Source of the DNA: the human T2T-CHM13v2.0 reference genome, Homo sapiens
Direction: 5' to 3' (one strand)
Length of the DNA stretch: 64,000 nt
Assembly: GCF_009914755.1 (NCBI RefSeq)
Contig: NC_060925.1
Under the pieces are notes generated by a model that ran no database searches, had not been told where the DNA came from, and saw only the letters and a program-made list of their open reading frames with translations. The position numbers were made by a program, and so were the translations under genes. The stretch's first letter is position 1; each line of letters starts with the position of its first letter. Below, piece by piece: positions 41,601 through 52,824 of this stretch.

Positions 41601-43327
41601 GCATTTAGACAATTTACATTTAAGGTTAATATTGAGATTGTGAGGGTTTGATCATATTGTGAACTTAGCTGGCTTCTTTGCAGTTTCTAGTGTGTGGTTG
41701 CGTCATAGGGTCTGTGGGCCATGTACTTTAATGTGTTTTTGTGGTATCAGGCATTGTGTTTTTATTTCCATGTTTGGAACTCCATTAAGGATCTCTTGTA
41801 AGTCTTGTCTAGTGGTAATGAATTCCCTTAGCACTTGATTATCTAGAAAGTATTTTATTTTTCCTTAGCTTATGAAGCTTAGTTTGGTGGGAAATGAAAT
41901 TCATGGTTGGAATTTCTTTTCTTTGAGAATGCTGAAAATAGGCCCCCAATCTCTCCTGGCTTGTAAGGTTTCTGCTGAGAAGTCTACTGTTAGCCTGATG
42001 GGGTTCCCTTTGTACGTGATCTGACCTTTTTCTCTAGCTGCCTTTAAGATTTTTTCTTTAGCATTGATGTTGGACAGTCTGGTGACTATATGCTTTGGGG
42101 GTGTTCATTTTGTATAATATCTCCAGGACACCTGTATAATCCAGATGTTCTCTGGATTTCTTGTATCTGGATGTCTACTGCTCTATCAAGATTAGAGAAC
42201 TTTTCTTGAATTATTCCCTCAAATATATTTTCTAGTTTGTTTACTTTTTCTCCTCTCTCAGGAATGCCAATAATTCATTGGTTTAGTCATTTTACATAAT
42301 CCCATATGTCTCAAAGATAATCCCATATTTCTCAAAGACTTTGTGTGCTTTTTAAATTTCTTTTTTTAAAAAAATTCTTGTCTGGCTTGGTTAGTTTAAA
42401 AGGCTGTTTTTCAAGCTTTGAAATTATTTCTTCTGCTTGGTATAGTCTATTGATAAAGCTGTCAATTGTGTTTTGAAATTGCTTAAGTAAGTTTTTTAAT
42501 TCCAGAAGCTCTGATTTATTTTTTTAAAGATGTTTATCTCTTCTTCCATTTCCTGGATTGCTTTAAAAGTTTTTTTGTGTGTTGATTTTCAGTCTTGTCC
42601 TGGATCTCATTGAGCTTCCTTGCAATCCATGCTTTGAATTCTTTGTCTGTCATTTCTGAGTTTCCATTTTGTTAGGGACTATTGCTGGAAAACTAGTGTG
42701 ATCTTTTGGTGGTGTTACTACATTCAGATTTTTCATAGTGCCAGAATTCTTGTGCCGGTTTCTTCTCATTTGGAGATGCTGGCAATTCTAACTTTTATAA
42801 CCATTTTTATGTGGATAAGATTTTTTCTTTTTCATTTTTTCCCTGTAATATTATTATTATTTTAAAATTTTCCTTTTCCTTCTCCCCACCAGGGGGTGTG
42901 GCTTTAGAGAATGCTGGGTAGGGTCTCTTGGTTTTGCTTTTATAGCTGTATGCACTTCTGTCAGCAGGTTTTATATTGGGCTAACCTACAAGCCAGTAGA
43001 TGGTGCTTATGGGTAAGAGCCAGCTGTGGCAGATATGGCTGGGTATATACTTGATGCATGTTTACTGGGAGAAACTCTCTGCTGCCTCAGGCAGTGAGCT
43101 GATCTGTGAAGTACACAGTGGTCTGAGTTCCCTGCTCAGCTCTGGAGTGGGGAGAGGGGTACAGGTGAGGCAAAAATGCAAGGGGAGGGACCAGGTATGG
43201 CACAAGCACCAGTGCTGAGGGAGAATATAATGAACAGCCACCAAACACCCAGACGTGTGTCTAGATGTGGAGCTGGGAAACCTCCTTGTCCCTAAGTACT
43301 CTGCATGGGGAGGGGGTGTGGCCTAAA

Positions 43328-43843
43328 CTGCTAATTCAGGAGACTGGGTGCTTCAGATACCTAGAGATTTGCCAGGGCATGAAGTATGGAAGGCCCTGCT
43401 GTACCAAGGTTTCTGCACAGGATGGGTGAGGTGTTTCAGGCTGCTAATCCAAGTGAGCTGTTACTCTGAATGCCTGGAGACATGCCTAGGCATGGGCAGA
43501 GAGGGCCCTGCTGTACCACAACGTATACGGTGGCTCAGGCTGCTAATCCAGGTGAGTGGGTGCTTTGACTGCCTGGAGAGCTGCATGGGTATGGAGCAGA
43601 GAGGCCCCTGCTACATCATAATCTCTGCACAGGAAGGGTGGAGTGGCTGCTGGTCCAACTGAGTGGGTGCTCCAAATGCCTGGTGATCTGCCAGGCATGG
43701 AGTGGAAGGAGCCCCCCTGCACCAGGATCTCTGTGTAGGAACGGTGGGGCAGCTCAGGTTGCTCATCCAGGCGAGTAGGTGCCCCAAATGCCTGGAGATC
43801 TGCCTGAGTGTGGAGCAGATAGGGCCTCATCGCACCAAGATCT
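43328..43843. repeat. Five diverged ~100-113 bp tandem units in the L1 5'UTR
   Basis: Units begin ctgctaatccagg-like at 43328, 43441, 43540, 43647, 43759, each with a tgcctggaga-like core. Confidence 0.85.
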
Positions 43844-45404
43844 CAGGGCAGCAGGCCAAGATCTTGGAGCCAAAGAGGCTTCCCAGCTCCACATGTAGGC
43901 ACACCTCTGGGTGCTCGGTGACTGCTGAAGGTATTCTCCCTCAGCACCCTGCAGGGACACATGCAGACAGGTTCCAGGTCACCAAGCTGGCCCTGGCTGC
44001 AAGTCTCGTTTCCCGGGAGAAACTGGGCCCAGGTTTGTAACATGGGGTGCGGGGGCACAATTCCAGCACCTACTGCTGAGGCGCTTTCCATAGCTATGTC
44101 TATGGAGGCTCCTACTCTGCTCCAAAGCACATGTTCCCGATCTCTGGCTTCAGATTAAAATGTCTATATGGCGACACTGCTGCGTTACCAAATGATGACT
44201 TTGTGTGTGCCCAGATTAAAACTGCTCCTGCTCCCAGTCTGGGAAAATGTCTGCAGCTTTTCCTAGTGTCTTTTCCTCTGAGGATCTCCAAGCCTGTCCC
44301 CAAGTTAGCTCTAGGTCTTGGGGAGAAACAAAGTTTTCTCCCTGGCTTGGGTGGCTTGGATCCCCAGTGGACAGGTGAGTCATGGAGGGTAGCTCTCTGC
44401 CTCTCCCGTGTTCTGGGGCTGCACTCACTCTTATCAGCTGAATGTCTTCACGGGGGCTTTTTGCTGGTGTTCTCTTCCCCAGGATCTGGGGTGTCCCATT
44501 TCCATTTTGAAATAAAGCTCACAGAGTCAATTTTTATGCACTACCTTGCTATTTCCAAGTGGCTGAGGCATGTTAAAAGCCTCTAATGCCATCTTGGAAA
44601 AAAAATGAAATAATTTTCTTTTTCTTTTTTTTTTTTTTTCTGATGCCAGGTACTACACATTTACTTTGTTGGTTCTTAGATATGTTGTACTCTTTTAAAT
44701 TGTCTTGAGCTTTGTTCTTGAATACAGTTAAGTTACTTTGAAACAGTCCGGCTCTCTTGGGTTTTGCTTTTAATCTTTGTTAAAAGGGACCAGAGTGGTA
44801 TGTGGAGCAGCACTAAGGATTCTCCACCACTGAGGAAAGATTCCTCGGAATAGTTTACCCAAAGACCCATGAATCATAAAACCTTCCAGTTTGGCTGGTG
44901 GGAAAGGAACTATTCTTTGACCTATGTGAGCACTGGTTACTGTTCCTTCTAATCCTTTCTGAGTGGCTCTTTCTTCAGCCTCAGGGTTTTTCTCACATGC
45001 TTGCACTTAGTCTTCAGCTGAATACTCGAGCGGCACCCTCTACAATTGCCAGAGTTCTTTTCTGTAGTTCCCTTCTTTTCAGTATTCTCTCCTGTGCACC
45101 CCAGCCACCTGGTTCTCAGCTGACTTTGAGCTCTGTTTTCAGCTGAGTTTGAGCTCTGTTTATTCAGGGAGTCTGCCAAACTTTACCTGAGTTCTTCCTC
45201 CATGCTCCACATCCTGGAACCTCTATCAAGACCTAAGCTAGACCAATTGCTCACTGCATTTGTTTCCCATCCCTCAAATTATTCTTCATAATCTGCTATC
45301 TAGTGACTTGAAAATTATTTGCTTTTTTGTTTGCTTGTTTGTTTTTAGGAAGGAAGGTAAATCCAGTCATTGCTTACCCCATCTGGGTGGGAAGCAGAAG
45401 TCCT

Positions 45405-45850
45405 GGTGTTAACAATATTAGTAAAAGACAAAATAGGCTGGAATAAAAATATTATTAAGAATAACTAAGGGCATTGCATAAAAACTAAAGAATCTATTTA
45501 ACAAGAAATATGAAATCCAGAATCTCAAGGAGTTTCTCTCATAGAATCCAAGTTCTTTAACCACAATACAATAAATTTTAAAATCATGAACAAAAAGATA
45601 GCCTTATAGAATCTCACGAAATATTGATACATGATAGGGTAATTCGGGGACATAAAGAACAGACTCATGTTTGAGGATAAAAGGGTTAATACTAAGAATA
45701 TATAAAGAACTTGTACAGATTGATCATAAATCCCAATAGAAAAATAGGCACAAGATTTAGCAAACATTTTGTAAAATAAGAAACATGAATGTTTAATAAA
45801 CACAAAAGACACTCATTTTCCCAGTAAGCAGGGAAATGCTAGAGCAACAG
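45405..45850 (+). mobile_element. Ancient L1M ORF2; right half of the host element interrupted at ~33478
   Basis: ggtgttaacaatattagtaaaagacaaaatagg continues the endonuclease GVAILISDKID region; later aatcccaatagaaaaataggcacaaga. Confidence 0.6.
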
Positions 45851-46700
45851 TAATTTGGTGAAATCTCTAGCATATTTGACAGTTAGAACACATAATTTTT
45901 TAACACCTCCCTCCTCTGTACAACAAAATTATTTTCAGTGACAATTATGAAATGAAGCTATATGTGATTTTGAAGGCACTATATAGTTCAAAGTAGATCT
46001 AGATGTTGCGTCACTTCCTCTGGTTTTGTTTTGTTTCATAATTATCTTTGTTGAACTTCACTGAGTCAATGTCATTATGTCGGGTTCCCACTTCAAATCT
46101 CTTTACAAAATTCATAATAATTATGAGCCAATACAGTCATGGTTTCAAGTTCCTCCATGTTCCTACTAGAACGAGAAAAAAATCACAACTATTTATTCTA
46201 CAGTTTTATATATACCTAATAGTTTGAATTTGGATCATTTGATAAAAATCAGATATAATATTTAATGTACATCATTGTCTAATAACTAATTAATAAATTT
46301 TAATAAAACCCTTTTTTCTTAATTCATACTTTAGTTTTAAAACAAAATGAATAAATTTCAATTTTAAAGATATCGTTCAGATTTAGCATGGCATTTTATG
46401 CACAAACTAAAATTGGCACTTATCAAACAAAAATATTAGACCTCCCAGTTTATACTCTGACTCACTGTTTTAAATATCAAACACAAATAAATACTCCAAG
46501 TGGTCACATAGAATGACAAATCTGAAATGACTCAAATTCTCTTTCTTTGCTTTTTCAGTCGTAGTGCCATCCTTGTTTATTTCAAATCTACTGTTTAAAC
46601 ACAGGAAGATGCAGTGCCACAGGGATTGCAGATAAGGTTTGAGCAGAAGCCCAAGCAAACATTCAGGCCATTATAAACTTACTCTCGAAATGAAGGCAGA

Positions 46701-46999
46701 AGCCGGGTGCGGTGGCTCATGCCTATAATCCCAGCACTTTGGGAGGCCAAGGCAGGTGGATATCTTAAGGTCAGGAGTTTGAGACCAGCCTGGCCAACAT
46801 AGTCAAACCCCATCTCTACTAAAAATACAAAATTTAGCCAGGCATTGTGGTGGGTGCCTGTGATCCCAGCTACTCGGGAGGCTGAAGCAGGAGAATCACC
46901 TGAATCTGGGAGGTGTAGGTTGCAATGGCAGAGATCACCCTACTGCACTCCAGCCTGGGTGATGGAGTGACAGCCCATCTCAAAAAGAAAGAAAGAAAT
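46701..46999 (+). mobile_element. AluS (Sx/Sz-like)
   Basis: Full dimer; 13-bp TSD GAAATGAAGGCAG (46687-46699, 47000-47012). Confidence 0.95.
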
Positions 47000-49709
47000 G
47001 AAATGAAGGCAGGTAGCTGAATCCATGTGTATTCAGGGTTGACTACGTAACTGGGAGTACTCCAATTTAACTTTCATGTAAAATATAATGTTTGTTAAAA
47101 GACAAGGAACAAATGTACTCATTTAAAGCTTACACATCTATTACTAATTTTTAATAATAACCATCACAGGGTAGGTTTTTTTTTCTCCTGGAGAGTAGGA
47201 TGGATATTGGTAGTTCATTGGAAATGATCCAAAGCTGATGACTTAAAGTCTGTGGATACCAGGAGTTAGATAAATGGCTTGTCTGGGAAGAGCCGTTCCA
47301 CAGCCAAAAGGAACAAGCATAGCCAGGCCATCAGGACAGCAGTGCCAGTGAGCAACAACAGCCACGGCTCTGATGAGCCAGTGACTGCAGCAGCTCTGGC
47401 AGAGAAAGCTGTAAAGTAATTAGTGCATCTGAAAATCCATTTAGGCATCTAGTTATATGACATCTCCAGATGGGGAGAGCAGCATTCTGATTCTGAAGGA
47501 CACATATTTTAAGTGGATTAAGAAAGGAAATTATTTTAAATGTAGGAAGGTATAATTAACCTGAGGACCCTGGCTGCCATAAGATATTGTTGAGGGGAAG
47601 GACTAACGGAAACTCAGAACCCATTAGGCTTATGGCTGAATACATGGGGCGGTCCCATCTCCCTGGGAGTATTGTTCTGTGAGTGAATTTTAATTTGTGG
47701 GACAACAAAGCTTTGTGGGGACTATGCCCCAGGCAGGCTTGTGCTCTTTCGCGTGAGGACTTCATAAAAGCACCACCTATATGTGGATACACCTGTATAT
47801 GTGTGCTTAACAAATGGCTACTTCTTTGCTTTAAGATATTTGGAAATCATCTTTGGCTTTTCATGTAGGACTGGAGACAGATGCCAGAGCAAGGTTTGTG
47901 GAAGTAACAGTTACAGACTACTGCTGGGGTTCCAAAAACCAGGTGTGGAAAAAAACACAGTAAAGGGAAACTCTTCCCTGAAGAGATTAGGGACCATCGA
48001 GTACAAGGAAGCTTTGTGGCAGGAAATAGAAGAGAAAGCCAGGAGAGTTGGGAATCAGAAAGACACACATGTAAGCCCATGTAGGAGAGCTCAAGGGTTG
48101 GAGCAGAGTGAGAGATTCTAGAAGGAAGAGGAAGGAAATGGACACCACACAAAAGCTGGGAGCAGTTGGACACCTCAGTCCAGAAGAATGAACACAAATG
48201 ATTTCAGTGAAGTTCTCTTAAGATGAGCATCTCTGGGCCGAGACGCAGTTGACCAAGGCAAAGAGGATTGTGGAGAAGACAGCAGCTAGTGAGGAGGAGG
48301 GGAAACAGGTAGACAGAAGCTGGCCCAGGTGCCAGTGGCATCTTCATCTATTGACTATCATTATGAACCTTCCTTTACCACTTTCCTTCTGTCCTTGTGC
48401 TTATCATTGCCTGGCCTTTCATTTCCACCTCTCTGTTTATCTGACAAAGTGAGCAGAAATCTTTATCCATTTTGTTTACTATGTCCCCAACACCCAACAA
48501 AATGGTGCTTGGCATTTATTGAGTGAATAAATGAACAAACATTGCACTGACATAGCTCAGTTGGGGTGGAGGCTGACCTACTCATGGATCAAGGGTCAGA
48601 GCTGACAATGACAAAATCACTGCCAGTCGAATTCAATGTATTTGTGGTACGGATTTGGCCCATTTCCTTACAAAGTAAGGTGGGAATTGGATAGAGACAG
48701 GTCTGGGGACTAGGCCAACACACATATGTTGCTTGTTCTCCTTTCTGGAGATATTTCCCCAGGGTTAAAATGTGGCTTAATTCCAAGAAATACTTCTTTT
48801 TCCTTTAGTTCTCCTGATGTGTAGATGCCCTGGGAGGATAGATTCTGTGAAGAGACAAATCATTAGATGGAGACACCAATGAGAAAGTCCCAAACCAAAT
48901 ACCTTACCCGTTTGCTGATCTGTATTTCATTGCATTAATAGGTACTTTGTTTTTGCAAAAAATTGCTGAAGGAATGGAAATCTCTCTCTCTAGTATAATT
49001 GAGTTCTTTTTTATCTCTTTCTTACCCTCAAGTAACACTGGACATGGCTACAGCCTGTAATACTCTGTTTTGAGGTCACCTCATTCTTGTTTTGAGACAA
49101 ACAACTAGACCAGGTCACTCCAGATAAAACAAGAAAGACTGTTCTTTTTTCACAAATTGCTAGAGGCATGTTTAATAGAAATCTAAGAAAACCTAAAGAA
49201 AGGCTCAGAGTTGTTCAAATATTTCAGGGCACTTGTGGGTACTTTGTTGTTTTGTTTTATTCTTCATATTCATAGAAAGAATCTCAAATTAGGCAGTAAG
49301 AAAACAAAATTATAAACCATAGAGAATTGAAGAAGTGGTAGAAAGACCATATTATGGGCATGAGACATAGTAGGATCTAGCAATCTTTGTAACTGCCCTC
49401 CAGGGAAGAGTAATATGGCTTTGGCTTTATCCCTTTTACTTTGAAGCATAGTCCCTTCATCTCTTTGACTGGGCAGGGTATCCTGAATGGTGCCGTACAA
49501 ATATTAGTGCAAACAAATCCAAGTCAATAGCTGTGTGACCTTGGGTAAGTCACATAGCCTCTCAACTTTAGTTTCTTTTCCTTTTTTAAATCATTTGATT
49601 ATTTAAAATTTTACACCAATTGGTCTGTAAGGTCATCTCTGTCCCCAGTAAAGAAAATCTTGTCCTATGTATAAGTCTTATTTTCTTGGAAGGAAACTGC
49701 ATGGTAATT

Positions 49710-49935
49710 TAGAGGCAGTGAGATACAGAGGAAAAAAAGATAAGCTTTGGAGTCATAAAAGCTGGGTTCGAATTTCAGCTCTAACTTTTATTAGGTCGGT
49801 TATCTTTATGCCTAAAATGAAGATGGTGATATCACTTAAGTCACATGATTGTTGTAAGAACTAACTGAGATCAAATACACTATCACAAATGAAAGTACCT
49901 GGCCCAGGCCTTGACATAATGAAGGAGCTTAATAA
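49710..49935 (+). mobile_element. MIR
   Basis: gctttggagtca...ctgggttcgaatttcagctct...ttgttgtaagaactaactgaga. Confidence 0.75.
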
Positions 49936-51409
49936 ATAGACAAGAGCCAAGTTGTCAAGGCACTGGGGAGCTGGGCAGGGTGACCACACTGCAACTGTTG
50001 CTCCCAAGTCAGGGCTGACTAATGCTGGCCCAGTGCTGGGCACCCATGTGGCATGCTCTGACAGAGCAGGTGCACTCCAGAGACCCCCTCGAAGACCTCT
50101 GGGTGGGGACGGTCTAGAGTTAAAAAGGGATCCCTCCAGAGTGTTGAACTTCAGGTCCCATCTTTAAATAACTCTTCAGCACATAAGAAAGTGTTCTGGG
50201 AGCAAGGAGGGGAGTTGGTGGGGGAAGGAAGGTAGAGGTGGAGAAGAGGGAGATAGAAAAAGCATTTTTTGAGATCATGTTTGAATAAACAAGAACAGAA
50301 TTCAAAAAAGTAGATTTCTATCAAAAACCACTCGAGAAACATGATGTGACTTGGCCATGTCTTGTTTGGTTTCTTGTTCCATCGAAAAGTTGATCAGATC
50401 ACTGCTTCTGTCTGATCAAAAACAAGATGTACACCTGAGAAAAATGAACAGCCTGCTGATGAGTGAAATGGTTTAAAATGGGGGTTTGATTTCGATTAGT
50501 TTGCCTTACTGTGCTTCAGGGGGAGCTTATGCCTTCTCTTTACAATGACCATGGCTCCCCTTGGCTACCCGGGCATGATTAATATTTGAGGTCAGAGTCT
50601 GGCCTGTAGAATTCTAGCCCAATTTTACATTAACGTTTTTAAGACTTCCAGGCAAATGAATACTCATGTGCACGCAGGGGTTAGATATGCACACGAGTGC
50701 TCCAGAAATGAAGGTAAAGTAACGTGGAAGGATTGACGTTTGTAACTTCAAAGTCAAGGGAATTCAAAGCTAAGCCCCAAAGAGCTGTGGTGAGTCACCA
50801 AGGCTGCACAGGATTAAGATACATAAGATAGCCCCTCACCCAGGAATAAAAAACAGCACTTTCAGCCGAGGCAACCTGGGAAAAATTTGTTCTGGAACAA
50901 GATCATCCCAGATGCTTCTCCAAGCCTCCCAACAAGTAAGAGATGTGCCCACTGAAGCAAGACTTTCTCTGGAAGTAGCAGGTTGCTGGACGCGGGGAGT
51001 TGCTAATGGAGACTATTTTGCGGCCTCGTAATTCAGGATATTGGCAAGAGTGGACAACGATTTTTTTTCCTTCTCTTTCAGAAAAGCTTTCCCCTTTGAA
51101 CAAAGCCTGTATTAATCAGAACTTCAAATCACGCATGGCAATCAATTGAGGCTGTTTAGGGCATTTACAGTAATTGATCTGCTACAAGTTCTTCACAAGT
51201 GGATTGCACTATACATACACATGTACTTTACAAAAAATTCAAAAGCCATTAGGATGTTCTCAACTTCCATCTGATAGTCTGAGGGCCATTGATTAGATGT
51301 GATCCTAGAAGTGAGCTGTGCCAGCAGCAGGGGGCATTTTGATTAGACAGGAAAAAAGAAGTTCCTCCGAAAGAGTTGTGAATTCTGGAAATGAGGGTCG
51401 AGGAAGGCT

Positions 51410-51660
51410 GAGCACACTTTATCATCATAATTATGAAAGTTGCCACAATGTACCAGATAATTCACAAGCAGTTACTATATCATCTAACGCTCATGAAACC
51501 AAATAAAGATTTCAAAATTCTTCACCCTGAGATTGGGCAACTGAGGCTAAGCAGGCAAGTGCTTTGCCCAAAGTGGCATTTAAATAAGTGCCAGAATTGT
51601 GATGTTAACTCAAGTTTCAGAACAAAACCACTGTGCTCCCATCCCCACCTGCTGTTCTCT
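51410..51660 (-). mobile_element. MIR
   Basis: gggcaactgaggctaag...tttgcccaaag. Confidence 0.6.
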
Positions 51661-51779
51661 ATGCCACGTTGCCTCTCATTTAACTAGTTGGATGTATGTT
51701 TCCCAGAAGATTTTAGGGTAGGCCTGCCTCGATGCTGTGAACAGAGAAGAAAAACATCTTTGATCATTTCTAGCTGTGA

Positions 51780-52118
<339 letters not shown>

Positions 52119-52568
52119 TAAGTCTTCCTTTCTCGAGTGTGGAATAGGTGTCTTTGTGGAAGAAACAGTCCAAACAAAAGCTGATAGGTGCTCCTTCCAA
52201 ACAAAGGGCTGAAAGATGGAGAGTTTGGGAGCAGGGAGCACAGGTAAAGCAATGACACATCTAAGTAGGTGAGTGGCCTGGAGCAGTGAGAGCAGCAGCA
52301 AGGAAGCCAGTGCTCCCTGTTAGCTCAGATCCAGGGAACACAGGTAGAACCAGGCTGCAAAGGCAGCCATATGCAGTATGGGGAATACAAGTGGCTCAAT
52401 CATAGAACCTCATCTGTTATTCTAGTACTGAGCAAGAAACCACTTTGGCAAACATTCTTAGGGAATTCCCCAGCTGAGAGTTCTTTTTGTCCTTACACAG
52501 AACCAGCTGAAACCACTGGGCCTTGGTTCTAAAGCCCAATACCACATTCCTGGTTCTAATCTTAACTT

Positions 52569-52613
52569 TTCTTTTAACAACTCATTTTCAAGTTCTTTTA
52601 ACAACTCATTTTC
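52569..52613. repeat. 21-bp direct duplication TTCTTTTAACAACTCATTTTC
   Basis: Read directly; 3-bp spacer. Confidence 0.9.
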
Positions 52614-52824
52614 TTGAGGGTCCTCAAGTATATGTAATCATTCTATGTTACAACTTACGATATGGATGGCAGATTCATAGGCACTTGATGTCAGAACCTA
52701 AGGTTTAACCACTACATCATGTGGCCTCCTGTGTAGTGATGAGCTGACTGTCGTCAGACAAACTCCTTACAGACTTTAAGTCAAATTTCTCTTCCTTCCT
52801 CTTCCTCTCTGTCCTCAAAAGACA

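Larger units (their letters stand above)
38147..44597 (-). mobile_element. Near full-length (~6.4 kb) inactive L1PA15/16-type LINE-1 with internal deletions
   Basis: 3'UTR gatgctgaggtttgg...gtacccaata; RT remnant in ORF 39681-40067 ([18 protein letters not shown]...[12 protein letters not shown]); 5' end CCAAGATGGC on the - strand. Confidence 0.9.
33720..45403 (-). mobile_element. L1MC/L1MD-type element with both ends present, most of ORF2 deleted, and multiple nested insertions
   Basis: 3' end tttattgagatgtagttgatatacaataaactgcac at ~33730; ORF1-type sequence 37080-38140; 5' end ...ccatctgggtgggaagcagaagtc at ~45380-45402. Confidence 0.7.

Noticed and set aside
42296-45160. Small 21-23 bp tandem duplications (42296-42337, ~45115-45160)
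   Set aside because: Ordinary slippage duplications inside L1
50391-50420. Short stem TTGATCAGA/TCTGATCAA (also CTGCCTCAT/ATGAGGCAG near 11930)
   Set aside because: 9-bp stems are expected by chance in 64 kb
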